DNA of 64,000 nt, from assembly GCA_045640185.1 (NCBI GenBank), contig JAZUEN010000033.1:26882-90881 (forward strand), in the 5' to 3' direction. This DNA is from Bacteroidales bacterium (GTDB taxonomy: Bacteria > Bacteroidota > Bacteroidia > Bacteroidales > SZUA-534). Both the position numbers and the translations under genes were made by a program. Shown here in pieces: positions 49,461 to 58,245 of this stretch; the stretch's first letter is position 1, and every line of letters starts with the position of its first letter. The notes under the pieces were generated by a model. That model did no database searches. It saw only the letters and a program-made list of their open reading frames with translations, and was not told the origin of the DNA.

Positions 49461-50468
49461 ATGAAAGTAGCCGTTGTTGGTGCCAGCGGTGCCGTTGGCC
49501 AGGAATTTTTGAAGATTTTGAACGAAAGAAATCTTCCTATTGATGAGTTGGTCCTGTTTGGATCGGCTCGTAGTGCAGGAACCTCTTACGAATACAAGGG
49601 TAAGAAGATCGTGGTTAAGGAACTGAAGCACAACGATGATTTCAAGGACATCGACATTGCCTTGACATCGGCAGGCGCAAGCACTTCAAAGGAATACGAA
49701 GAGACCATCACCAAGTATGGTTGCATTATGATAGACAACTCAAGCGCATTCCGTATGGACACCGACGTTCCATTGGTAGTGCCCGAAGTCAACGCTGAAG
49801 ATGCGCTAAACGCTCCCCGCCGTGTCATTGCAAACCCGAACTGCACAACCATCATTATGGTAGTGGTTCTGAAGGCTTTGGAAGAATTGTCGCACATTAA
49901 GCGAGTTCACGTTGCAACCTACCAAAGTGCCAGCGGTGCAGGCGCAATGGGTATGGCAGAACTCGACCAGCAAATAAAGGACTATGCTTCAGGCAAGGAA
50001 TTGACAGTCAACAAATTCTCATCTCAATTGCTATACAACGTAATTCCCCATATCGATGTATTCACTGAAAACGACTACACCAAGGAGGAGATGAAGATGT
50101 ATAACGAGACCAAGAAGATTATGCATTCCGACATTCAGGTCAGCGCAACTTGCGTACGCGTGCCTGTTATGCGTGCACACTCTGAATCAATTTGGGCAGA
50201 GACCGAAAAGCCTGTCTCTCCAGCCGATTTCCGTTCGGCTTGTGCCAAGGCGTCAGGCGTTACGGTTATTGACAATCCTGCAAACAAGGAATATCCAATG
50301 CCATTGTTTGTCGCAGGTCAGGACAATGTCTCTGTAGGCCGTATCCGTACAGACGTCGCAAATCCAAACGGCATCACATTTTGGTGCGTAGGCGACCAAA
50401 TCCGCAAGGGCGCCGCTTTGAATGCAGTACAAATTGCTGAGTATCTGATTGAAAAGAAATTCAAATAG
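49461..50468 (+). CDS. asd: Aspartate-semialdehyde dehydrogenase
   Basis: Start re-called to ATG 49461 ([14 protein letters not shown]). Active-site motif: IANPNCTT. Confidence 0.92.
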   Translation: MKVAVVGASGAVGQEFLKILNERNLPIDELVLFGSARSAGTSYEYKGKKIVVKELKHNDDFKDIDIALTSAGASTSKEYEETITKYGCIMIDNSSAFRMDTDVPLVVPEVNAEDALNAPRRVIANPNCTTIIMVVVLKALEELSHIKRVHVATYQSASGAGAMGMAELDQQIKDYASGKELTVNKFSSQLLYNVIPHIDVFTENDYTKEEMKMYNETKKIMHSDIQVSATCVRVPVMRAHSESIWAETEKPVSPADFRSACAKASGVTVIDNPANKEYPMPLFVAGQDNVSVGRIRTDVANPNGITFWCVGDQIRKGAALNAVQIAEYLIEKKFK

Positions 50469-50491
50469 TAAAATCTGTTTTCCAGATATGC

Positions 50492-50523
50492 AAAATGCCG
50501 ATTCGCAAGAGTCGGCATTTTTT
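50492..50523 (+). terminator. Intrinsic terminator after asd
   Basis: Stem ATGCCGA/TCGGCAT followed by a T6 run. Confidence 0.7.
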
Positions 50524-50587
50524 GTTTGTTGACAATGCCTGTATCCCGCATCTGCTGTAGGTCCCATTTTTGTTTGATGTACATTTT

Positions 50588-50678
50588 AAGACAAAATGTC
50601 AGTAATTTGCATAATGTTAAAGTGTTTATAATGTGTAATATTTATAATTTCACTTAATTAATGCTGTCATTTTGTCTT
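50588..50678. repeat. 15-nt inverted repeat flanking a 61-nt AT-rich spacer upstream of hsp20
   Basis: AAGACAAAATGTCAG (50588-50602) and CTGTCATTTTGTCTT (50664-50678) are complementary at 14 of 15 positions. Confidence 0.7.
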
Positions 50679-50782
50679 GCAATAAATCTTCTAATTCGGA
50701 CAAAAAATCCACATTTCCGCATTGGCACAAAACTTGAAAGTGTAATGGTGTTTTTGATTAAAAAAATGTCTAACTAAAATAT

Positions 50783-50788
50783 GGAGGA
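50783..50788 (+). promoter_or_regulatory. Canonical Shine-Dalgarno sequence GGAGGA
   Basis: There are 9 nt between GGAGG and ATG 50797. I found no comparable SD in front of any other start codon in the window. Confidence 0.7.
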
Positions 50789-50796
50789 TTTGAACT

Positions 50797-51234
50797 ATGA
50801 CACTTTCTAGAATTTCAAACAACTATCCGTCGTTATTCGACCAACTTTTTGACACCGATTTGTTCGATTGGTCGAACCGCAATTTTTCAGAGACAAACAC
50901 CACTTTGCCATCAGTAAACATCAAGGAAAATGCCGACGGCTTCAATGTGGAAATGGCCGTTCCAGGATTCAGCAAGAACGACTTTAAAATCGAGTTGAAC
51001 CATAATGTGTTGACCATCTCTTCCGAAAAAAAGGTTGAGAATGAGACCAGGGAAGGTGAGCGTTTCACGCGTCGCGAGTACAGTTACCAATCGTTCAGCC
51101 GTTCGTTCACACTGCCAGACTCGGCAAACGGCGATATGATTTCAGCCAAGTACGACAACGGCATTTTGGATGTCGAGATTCCAAAACGCGAGGAGTCGAA
51201 GCCAAAACCAAAACGCCAAATAGCGATTTCATAA
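50797..51234 (+). CDS. Small heat-shock protein (Hsp20/alpha-crystallin family)
   Basis: 145 aa. The alpha-crystallin domain includes VNIKENADGFNVEMAVPGF and a C-terminal GILDVEIPK. Confidence 0.92.
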   Translation: MTLSRISNNYPSLFDQLFDTDLFDWSNRNFSETNTTLPSVNIKENADGFNVEMAVPGFSKNDFKIELNHNVLTISSEKKVENETREGERFTRREYSYQSFSRSFTLPDSANGDMISAKYDNGILDVEIPKREESKPKPKRQIAIS

Positions 51235-51253
51235 AAAGTTGAGTTAATGAGCG

Positions 51254-51290
51254 AATCCGCTTTGGGGGACCAGAGCGGATTTTTTTTTTT
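51254..51290 (+). terminator. Intrinsic terminator after hsp20
   Basis: Stem AATCCGCT/AGCGGATT followed by a T11 run. Confidence 0.8.
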
Positions 51291-51304
51291 GCGCAACTGT
51301 TTGG

Positions 51305-52678
51305 CTATAAGCCATCGACACTCATCCTGATTTTCCAATTCTGCGGATAAAGGTTGTTCCACCTGCTCCCGATATTCTTTATGAATCCAATCGGTATCTG
51401 CTTATACGTAAGCAAATTGAATCCTTGTCTTGTGTTCGGTACGAAAATATTGTCGCGGTGCAGATATCCAAGGGCGTCCTGCAGAGTCAGTTCCACGCAG
51501 TCAAATACACCCTTGTTTAATGCCCACGACATTGCCAAATCGTGTTCGGGCGCCAGTTTGGTTCCGAAAACCTTAGCGATGCTGATTCCCGCTTTCGCTA
51601 TTTTCAGTTTGTCAGCCAGCAACTTGTAGTCGTCGTCGATTGATTGCGGAATCGCGGTTATCGTATCGTTACGCAGGTAATACGAAAACTCAAGATTGTC
51701 TAATGTTAGTTTCGAAAGTTCGGCAACAAGGTTTTTGGGCACGGGTTGCAGTTTTATCTTGAGTTTCTGCTTCCTGAAACTCGCATCTTCTCCGTCGTTT
51801 TTGCGGAACACGCAACAGAAAAATCCTTCGCCCTTTGTCCTGTGCTGAATGAAACGGTAACCAGTCAGGCCGTCTTTTTCAATTGGAGTGATGCCCCATT
51901 CAGGCTTGACATCTATTTTTATGTTCTCAGCGTCAAACGTCTGGCTAACCCATTGCATATTATTCTCATCCTCGTCGGGACAGAAGGTGCAAGTGCTGTA
52001 AATCAGGTATCCGCCAGGCTTTATGGAGTCCCATATATCGGCCACAATACGCTGTTGGCGTTGTGCGCAGATGCGTGTATTATCGATGCTCCACTCGCCA
52101 ATGGCCGCAGGTTCGCGACGAAACAGGCCTTCACCCGAACAAGGTGCGTCAACAGCCACAATGTCGAAAAGTCCCCTGATTGGCTTGAAATCGGCGGGAT
52201 CGTTGTTTGTTATTACGACATTCGGATTTCCCCATTTGGTCAGATTTTCGCAAAGTACAGATAGTCTGCTATTTATCACTTCGTTGCTTACTAGCAAGCC
52301 ATTTGGGCCTATTATTGATGCAAAATGGGTGCTCTTTCCGCCAGGCGACGCGCAAAGGTCAAGAATCCTCACATCACGGTTGTCGCCAAGTAGTTGTTTT
52401 GCGACATATCCCGCAAACATCGAACTTGCCTCCTGCACATAGTATGCACCCGCGTGAAGCAACGGATCGAGCGTGAATGTCGGACGTTCGGCAAGATACC
52501 GTCCGTCAGGTTCCCAAGCGACAGGCTCGTTTGATTCGATATTTGTTGCCGGCTTGTGTGGATTCAGCCTGATGCTTGTCGGTGCGGGGCATGATAGCGA
52601 CTTCACATACTCATCATACTCGTCGCCCAACTGCGCACGCATCCGCTTTTCGAACTCAATAGGCAAGGTCTTGTCCAT
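51305..52678 (-). CDS. RsmB/RsmF (NOP2/Sun) family RNA cytosine-C5 methyltransferase
   Basis: Start re-called to ATG 52678 (the track begins at TTG 52723). Contains LDLCASPGGKS, DAPCSGEG and YSTCT motifs. Confidence 0.85.
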   Translation of the reverse strand: MDKTLPIEFEKRMRAQLGDEYDEYVKSLSCPAPTSIRLNPHKPATNIESNEPVAWEPDGRYLAERPTFTLDPLLHAGAYYVQEASSMFAGYVAKQLLGDNRDVRILDLCASPGGKSTHFASIIGPNGLLVSNEVINSRLSVLCENLTKWGNPNVVITNNDPADFKPIRGLFDIVAVDAPCSGEGLFRREPAAIGEWSIDNTRICAQRQQRIVADIWDSIKPGGYLIYSTCTFCPDEDENNMQWVSQTFDAENIKIDVKPEWGITPIEKDGLTGYRFIQHRTKGEGFFCCVFRKNDGEDASFRKQKLKIKLQPVPKNLVAELSKLTLDNLEFSYYLRNDTITAIPQSIDDDYKLLADKLKIAKAGISIAKVFGTKLAPEHDLAMSWALNKGVFDCVELTLQDALGYLHRDNIFVPNTRQGFNLLTYKQIPIGFIKNIGSRWNNLYPQNWKIRMSVDGL

Positions 52679-52694
52679 TACTGAAAGTTTTTTG

Positions 52695-52702
52695 CAAAAA
52701 TA
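52695..52702 (-). promoter_or_regulatory. -7 promoter box (minus strand)
   Basis: The plus strand reads CAAAAATA (TATTTTTG on the minus strand), 17 nt upstream of ATG 52678. Confidence 0.5.
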
Positions 52703-52839
52703 GTCACGATTGTTGATTTTCAATTTTTAGATGCCATTTGTTGGTTTTTTGTGCAAGGGGCTGGTTTGTTGATGATTGTGTTTTTTGAAAATGTTGATAG
52801 TTTCTTTGCCAAGTGTCAAAGGAGCAACCATTTGCGACT

Positions 52840-52847
52840 TATATTTG
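52840..52847 (+). promoter_or_regulatory. -7 promoter box, implying a nearly leaderless mRNA
   Basis: TATATTTG, only 10 nt upstream of ATG 52857. Confidence 0.45.
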
Positions 52848-52856
52848 CCATTGTTT

Positions 52857-53696
52857 ATGAAGCGCATTGGTAAAATAAAGGTTGTCTTGGTGGTGTCACT
52901 TGCAATTTTTTTTGTGGCTACCGGGTGCTATGAACCATCAGAATATACAGCGTTTGACGAAGGCGAGCAGGTTGTTGTGATAGAAGGCCTTGTCACCGAT
53001 GTCGATTCTGTATCCGCAGTTTATGTGACGCGGACAGTGTCGTCAAAGGATACTGCAGATTGTGAACATATCAACAATGCCGTTGTTTTTCTGCGTGACG
53101 ACAAGGGAAATTCCGCCGAGCTTGAAAATGTTGGTGATGGCACATATCTGACAGACGGGATAGTTGGTGAGGTTGGTGGTCGTTATTTGCTTACGGTTGA
53201 GGTTGATGGCGAGCGTTACAGCGCAATTGATGCCATGCCGACACGTATCTCGGTCGATTCGGTTGTTGTTGAATACCAGAATAGCTACACTTACTTTGAC
53301 ACAATTGGCTATTATGTTTCCATATATTCAAAGCAGAATTCCGACACACTGCAATATTATCGGGTTGAGGTGGAGCTTAACGGGAAAGTCCTTAACGGAT
53401 ATTCCGAACTTTGGCTTTTTGAGGACGCCCATCTTGCCGACGTGTGTAAAATGACCATCCCCCGTAATTTCAGTCAAGGCGATTCTGTTGTTATGAGCAT
53501 ATACTCGCTGTCGGCATCGGCTTATGAGTATTATTCCGGGTTGTCGAAACAGTTCGTTTCAAATTTCAGCAACATCCAGCCACCATTGACCAATCCCGAG
53601 AACAACATCCGTAGGGCATTGGGTTATTTTCAGGCTTCATCAGTTGTGCGCATAGGGTTTGTGGTCTCGTCAAGCAACCATATGGTGTTGAAGTAG
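52857..53696 (+). CDS. DUF4249-like lipoprotein
   Basis: Start re-called to ATG 52857 (MKRIGKIKVVLVVSLAIFFVATGC, a lipobox). The beta-rich body resembles the DUF4249 family. Confidence 0.5.
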   Translation: MKRIGKIKVVLVVSLAIFFVATGCYEPSEYTAFDEGEQVVVIEGLVTDVDSVSAVYVTRTVSSKDTADCEHINNAVVFLRDDKGNSAELENVGDGTYLTDGIVGEVGGRYLLTVEVDGERYSAIDAMPTRISVDSVVVEYQNSYTYFDTIGYYVSIYSKQNSDTLQYYRVEVELNGKVLNGYSELWLFEDAHLADVCKMTIPRNFSQGDSVVMSIYSLSASAYEYYSGLSKQFVSNFSNIQPPLTNPENNIRRALGYFQASSVVRIGFVVSSSNHMVLK

Positions 53697-53698
53697 CG

Positions 53699-54142
53699 TT
53701 ATTTCCCTTTTAGCAAAAAATCGTCAATAACCTTTTTCATAAACGCCCTTGTATCTTCGGGTGTTTTGGCGATGCCCATGCTCATTTGTGGCGAGCCTTC
53801 AAGTGGGCAGAAAAGAAATGAGGGAATGCTTCGTATGGCAAAAACATTGGCCAAGTCAGGCTCTTTGTCGGTGTTGACTTTATAGACAACAATTTTATCC
53901 TTGTATTTTTCAGCCAATTCATCCAAAATGGGGGATGCGATTTTGCAAGGTCCGCACCAGTCGGCATAAAAGTCGATAATGCAAGGTTTGTCGCCACGGT
54001 AAACCCACTGTGTCGGATTTTTTTCGAAATCCATCACTTTTTGCAGGAAATCGGCTTTCGTCATTTGTTTTACTATTGGTTCTTGGGCTGGCAACATGAG
54101 GCAAAGTGCCATAAATAGCGCCAAAAGTGTAATGTTTTTCAT
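53699..54142 (-). CDS. Secreted thioredoxin-family protein
   Basis: 147 aa with a signal peptide and the WCGPC active site. Confidence 0.88.
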   Translation of the reverse strand: MKNITLLALFMALCLMLPAQEPIVKQMTKADFLQKVMDFEKNPTQWVYRGDKPCIIDFYADWCGPCKIASPILDELAEKYKDKIVVYKVNTDKEPDLANVFAIRSIPSFLFCPLEGSPQMSMGIAKTPEDTRAFMKKVIDDFLLKGK

Positions 54143-54339
54143 CAGTGTGCTTTATTTAGTTGCAATGGTAAAGATAGTATTAAAAGGGAAAGAATCGCAA
54201 TTATTGGCTTTTTTCTGCAATTCGAATGTTATTTGAAAAAATGCTTGAAATTTGTATGTTATAAATATAACTTTCGGAGTGGTTACAAAACGTGTTTCGT
54301 TCTTGTAATTAATTTATAATCAACTTAAAATAAAAGCTA

Positions 54340-55317
54340 ATGAAAACCATAGCAATAGTTTGTGGCGGATATTCAAAGGAGAGTGTCATATCGTTGCGCA
54401 GTGCCGAGCAGATTGCATCTGTCCTGGGTTCGGAATATAATGTATATACTGTTCTTGTAACTCGTGAAAGTTGGAATGCCAAAATCAGGGAAGAAATGTA
54501 TCCTATTGACCGCAACGACTTTACATTTATGCTCAATGATAAAAAAGTCGTTTTTGATGCAGTTTTTATGGCAATACATGGAACTCCTGGCGAAGACGGA
54601 ATGCTGCAGTCTTATTTTGACATGTTGAACATACCATATACAACTTGTAGTGCATTTGTGTCTGCCTTGACGTTCAATAAGTTTGCCTGCAAGCTATTTT
54701 TGAAGGAATATGGAATCCTTACGGCCGACGCAGTGCTTTTGCGTCGCAATCAAACGTATTCACTCGCCGAAATTGAAAAACGTTGTGGTTACCCAATGTT
54801 TGTGAAGCCGAATAATGGCGGTTCAAGTTTTGGTGTGACTAAAGTCAAGCAGTCGAGTGACTTGCAGCCTGCAATTGACCGCGCTTTTGCCGAGGATGCG
54901 GAAATCATCATTGAACCGTTCATCAAGGGTGGCGAATTCACTTGCGGTGTGTTCAAGACGCCTTCGGAGTCAATCGTATTTCCGCCGACAGAAATAGTCA
55001 GCAAAAACGAGTTCTTTGATGTTGAGGCTAAATACACGCCGGGAATGTCGGAAGAGATTACGCCTGCACGCTTGTCGGAGTCCGATATGAAGGAATGCCA
55101 GTCGCTGACATCCAGAATTTATGATTTGCTTGGCTGTACAGGAGTGGTTCGTGTGGACTATCTGCAGAAGGAGGGCAAATTCTATTTTATGGAAATCAAT
55201 ACTGTGCCGGGAATGAGCCGAGAATCGATTATTCCAAAGCAGACTGTGGTTTATGGGTTGCCACTCAAGGACCTCTACATTAAATTGATTGACGACGCAT
55301 TGTCAAGAAAAAAATAG
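54340..55317 (+). CDS. ddl: D-alanine--D-alanine ligase
   Basis: 325 aa with an ATP-grasp fold. Contains GGYSKE, HGTPGEDG and EINTVPGM motifs. Confidence 0.92.
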   Translation: MKTIAIVCGGYSKESVISLRSAEQIASVLGSEYNVYTVLVTRESWNAKIREEMYPIDRNDFTFMLNDKKVVFDAVFMAIHGTPGEDGMLQSYFDMLNIPYTTCSAFVSALTFNKFACKLFLKEYGILTADAVLLRRNQTYSLAEIEKRCGYPMFVKPNNGGSSFGVTKVKQSSDLQPAIDRAFAEDAEIIIEPFIKGGEFTCGVFKTPSESIVFPPTEIVSKNEFFDVEAKYTPGMSEEITPARLSESDMKECQSLTSRIYDLLGCTGVVRVDYLQKEGKFYFMEINTVPGMSRESIIPKQTVVYGLPLKDLYIKLIDDALSRKK

Positions 55318-55333
55318 AATGTGTAGTCGAAAA

Positions 55334-55365
55334 TAAAAAGCCCCAAGTGTTCGCTTGGGGCTTTT
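55334..55365 (+). terminator. Intrinsic terminator after ddl
   Basis: Stem GCCCCAAG/CTTGGGGC followed by a T5 run, with an A run upstream. Confidence 0.8.
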
Positions 55366-55407
55366 TGCATGGCAAAATCTAAAATTGTTGTAGCTGTTGC
55401 TTGTGTG

Positions 55408-56637
55408 TCATAGTGTTATTCCGCGTTCTTCAAGTTCATGGGTTATCCGTTCAAGTTCCGCATCCTTGCGTGCAAGCTCTTCTTGAGTTGCGGTAAGTTC
55501 TTCAATGTTTTGCTTCAGTATTTCAGACTGTTCCTCAAGCATGTCAGCCTTCTCTTTCGATTCGTGAAGAAGTTTTGCAGTGCTTGCGTTGATTTTCACC
55601 ATTGAAATTGTAGAGGCAAGGGCCTCGCTTATTTTAGTGATGAAGTCAATCTTGTATTGTTCAATCTTGCTGAACGATGCCAATTCGATTACGGCGTAAA
55701 CGGTGTCGTTCATGATGGCAGGTATGAGCAATGCAAAGCGAGGATTGGCCTCGCCAAGCCCAGATGTTATTTCCATGTAGTCGTCGGGCGTGTTGTTAAG
55801 GAAGATAGGAGCCTTTTCGTATGCGCACTGTCCGACAAGCCCGATGCCAATCTCGAATTCCTTTTCCATGTGCTTTACGCGGTTAAAGGCTACTGCGCCT
55901 TTTAGTTCGTATTTTATGTGCTCCTCCTCATCATTGTTTATGATGAATACTCCGCCTTGTATGGCGCCTGTATAGTCCGTCAGTTTGCTGATGAATGTAC
56001 GGCTTAATATTTCAAGGTCAGAAGTCTCTTGGCGCAACAATTCGCTGAATTCTGCAATGCCGTTTGCGCTCCAGGCATCTTTGCCCTGCTCTTTGGCGCG
56101 GGTCTCTTCCGTGGTTTTTGCAGCCTTAAGTTCGTCGCGCATGTTGATTAGCGATTTTCCCAATTCGTCATCATCGCTAAGAAGCGTGTACTCCTTGTCA
56201 AAATCATTCTTTGCTATTGCATCGGCAAATAGTGCGGTCTCGTGAAGATTTCTTGACAATTTGTTCGCCGCACGGAATATGTCGCCAACTTCGTCTTGCT
56301 TGTGCTTGTTTTTCCTCATTGATTGCACTGCGAATTTTCCAAGTGACATCTCTTCAATGCGGTCTTTTACTTTTGTGATAGGTCTTTGAACCCATTTTAT
56401 CACAAGCATGTTCGAAATCAGCATGAATGAGGCAATCAATGGAATTGCCCAAATAAGCGACAGCGCTGATAGCGATGACAGCAAGTGTGCCACTATTGCA
56501 GTAAGCATGGCATTTATGAACATCACTATTGAAATCTTGAATACTATTGTGCGCTTGTAGAATAGTCGAAGCACTATGCTGCCAATTGGTATGACCGCAA
56601 AGCAGACGGCAATAGCGAAAATAAAAGAATCCTTCAT
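55408..56637 (-). CDS. Membrane sensor protein: TM helices, HAMP, GAF and a C-terminal coiled coil, with no recognisable output domain
   Basis: Start re-called to ATG 56637. There are 3-4 N-terminal TM helices, a HAMP-like segment (PITKVKDRIEEMSLGKF...) and a GAF-like core (GGVFII...GLVGQC...AVIELASF). The tail reads MLEEQSEILKQNIEELTATQEEL. Confidence 0.6.
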   Translation of the reverse strand: MKDSFIFAIAVCFAVIPIGSIVLRLFYKRTIVFKISIVMFINAMLTAIVAHLLSSLSALSLIWAIPLIASFMLISNMLVIKWVQRPITKVKDRIEEMSLGKFAVQSMRKNKHKQDEVGDIFRAANKLSRNLHETALFADAIAKNDFDKEYTLLSDDDELGKSLINMRDELKAAKTTEETRAKEQGKDAWSANGIAEFSELLRQETSDLEILSRTFISKLTDYTGAIQGGVFIINNDEEEHIKYELKGAVAFNRVKHMEKEFEIGIGLVGQCAYEKAPIFLNNTPDDYMEITSGLGEANPRFALLIPAIMNDTVYAVIELASFSKIEQYKIDFITKISEALASTISMVKINASTAKLLHESKEKADMLEEQSEILKQNIEELTATQEELARKDAELERITHELEERGITL

Positions 56638-56680
56638 AGTCAAAAATCAATTTAAGTATGTGCCGAAAAAAACACATCAT

Positions 56681-56688
56681 CAAATATA
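56681..56688 (-). promoter_or_regulatory. -7 promoter box (minus strand)
   Basis: The plus strand reads CAAATATA (TATATTTG on the minus strand), 44 nt upstream of ATG 56637. Confidence 0.4.
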
Positions 56689-56783
56689 CTTTATTAATGG
56701 TTTTATTTCACTTTTAGGCGATGTTTTTTATGTCGGGCATGTTTTTTGCAGTATTTTAGCAATGTTTTGATAAAAATGCAGTA

Positions 56784-57851
56784 ATGAAAAACAATGTTTT
56801 GATTTGGGGATACCTGTCGTCTCTGATATTGTTGCTTGGTACAATTTTCATGAATCTTGATTTCGTGGCAGGTAAGGTGTTGTTTTTGGTCGGGTTCTTC
56901 ACTTTTAACTTGGGGTATCTTATCCCGCTTTTCATAGTGATTTTCAAAGAACATCAGGAAAATCGAATAGGGCTTATTATAGTGTTGAGCATACTCGGCT
57001 TTTTCATATTCCTTATGGGCATAACGTTCTTTATGGTCAACTGGGGTGGCAGCATGGTGCTTATATATGTCGGAGGCTCGTTCCTGCTGCTCACGGTATT
57101 GCTGATGCTGTTTATGTCAAGGCGTTTTTACGAGACAAGTATCGACTCTTGGTTCCCGATAGTGCTGTTCAGCGTTTTCATCGTAATCGGCATGCTGACC
57201 AGTATGGTGCACAGGCCAGTATTGAGGTCGTTCACTATTTCAAACGAAAAGGACAACATTCAGTTGGTGTCGATTGGGAACAAGAATCAGCATGTGTATG
57301 ATGAATTGTGCGAACTGTGTGCCAACGATTCGTCCATGAAGGACATTAAGGCAGATGCTGTTGGCGTTGTCAACGAAAGCACGGCGCTGATTATGTATAT
57401 CGACAGCTTGAAACGTGAGCTCATGGTTTATGTGGCAGGAAAGAAAATCTTCCAGGATTCGACAATGCTTGACAATTTGGTGCCGATACAATCCAATGTC
57501 GAGATAAATTCCGTCAGAAGGTTCATGCTGGGCAAAAAGCGCATGAATGCCTATGCCTTGCATAAGCGAATTGAACAGTACCACAAAAACATCATAGGTA
57601 AAATTGACGATTCCGATCCATGGCTAATCGATTTTGTGGATGCATATTTGAATACCGGTGTGCTGTCGCTTAACAAGCGCCATTATAATAGAAGCTGGGA
57701 AAAACAGCATTTCTACAATTTTCCAATGGTGACGATAGTTAGCCAACTGACTGGTATGCAATTAAATGTAGCGATGGTGCAAGGCGAGATGCTGAACAAC
57801 TACCGTAGGTTGGCATTGCTGAAAAAATCCGCCATCGAAAGGGCCGATTAA
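56784..57851 (+). CDS. Polytopic membrane protein with a C-terminal GldM/PorM N-terminal-domain-like region
   Basis: 355 aa with about 5 TM helices in residues 1-150. The soluble part ends in WEKQHFYNFPMVTIVSQLTGMQLNVAMVQGEMLNNY. By eye this resembles the YxxxHFxGFPxxAxxxxLxxxQxDV segment that closes the first periplasmic domain of GldM. Confidence 0.45.
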   Translation: MKNNVLIWGYLSSLILLLGTIFMNLDFVAGKVLFLVGFFTFNLGYLIPLFIVIFKEHQENRIGLIIVLSILGFFIFLMGITFFMVNWGGSMVLIYVGGSFLLLTVLLMLFMSRRFYETSIDSWFPIVLFSVFIVIGMLTSMVHRPVLRSFTISNEKDNIQLVSIGNKNQHVYDELCELCANDSSMKDIKADAVGVVNESTALIMYIDSLKRELMVYVAGKKIFQDSTMLDNLVPIQSNVEINSVRRFMLGKKRMNAYALHKRIEQYHKNIIGKIDDSDPWLIDFVDAYLNTGVLSLNKRHYNRSWEKQHFYNFPMVTIVSQLTGMQLNVAMVQGEMLNNYRRLALLKKSAIERAD

Positions 57852-57899
57852 AATTGATGCAAATTTTGCCTCAGCGTTTGTTCCATTAAAAAAAAAACA

Positions 57900-57907
57900 T
57901 ACCTTTG
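57900..57907 (+). promoter_or_regulatory. -7 promoter box
   Basis: TACCTTTG, 45 nt upstream of the rpmH ATG. Confidence 0.5.
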
Positions 57908-57951
57908 CGCACCTATAAAAATAGATATCAAAATACAAGAAAGGGAATATT

Positions 57952-58116
57952 ATGGCAATGAAGAGAACATTCCAACCGTCTCAAAGGAAGCGTAGGAATA
58001 AACATGGTTTCCGCGAAAGAATGGCTACTAAAAATGGCCGTCGCGTGCTTGCTGCTCGTAGAGCAAAAGGAAGAAAGAAACTTACAGTTTCTGACGAAAA
58101 ATTGCACAAGGCATAA
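57952..58116 (+). CDS. rpmH: 50S ribosomal protein bL34 (absent from the ORF track because it is under 60 aa)
   Basis: Hand translation: [54 protein letters not shown]. The start may instead be the third codon, ATG 57958. Confidence 0.9.
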   Translation: MAMKRTFQPSQRKRRNKHGFRERMATKNGRRVLAARRAKGRKKLTVSDEKLHKA

Positions 58117-58145
58117 GCGGATTTATCTTTACGATAACAAGGAAG

Positions 58146-58170
58146 GCAAGCCAATCAGCTTGCTTTTTTT
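58146..58170 (+). terminator. Intrinsic terminator after rpmH
   Basis: Stem GCAAGC/GCTTGC with a 6-nt loop and a T7 run. Confidence 0.7.
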
Positions 58171-58190
58171 GTGCCCGCATGTTTGCAATA

Positions 58191-58227
58191 AAAAAGGACG
58201 GTAGAGAAGCTCTGCCGCCCTTTTTTT
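58191..58227. terminator. Bidirectional terminator (rpmH / phosphofructokinase)
   Basis: A5 run, then stem CGGTAGAG/CTCTGCCG with a 3-nt loop, then a T7 run. Confidence 0.7.
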
Positions 58228-58245
58228 CGTGAGTAGCCAGCGTCG

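Noticed and set aside
50733-50739. CTTGAAA upstream of hsp20, identical to the -35 element of proteobacterial sigma-32 heat-shock promoters.
   Set aside because: No CCCCATnT-like -10 element follows at 13-17 nt. Bacteroidota do not use RpoH-type promoters. It is most likely coincidence.
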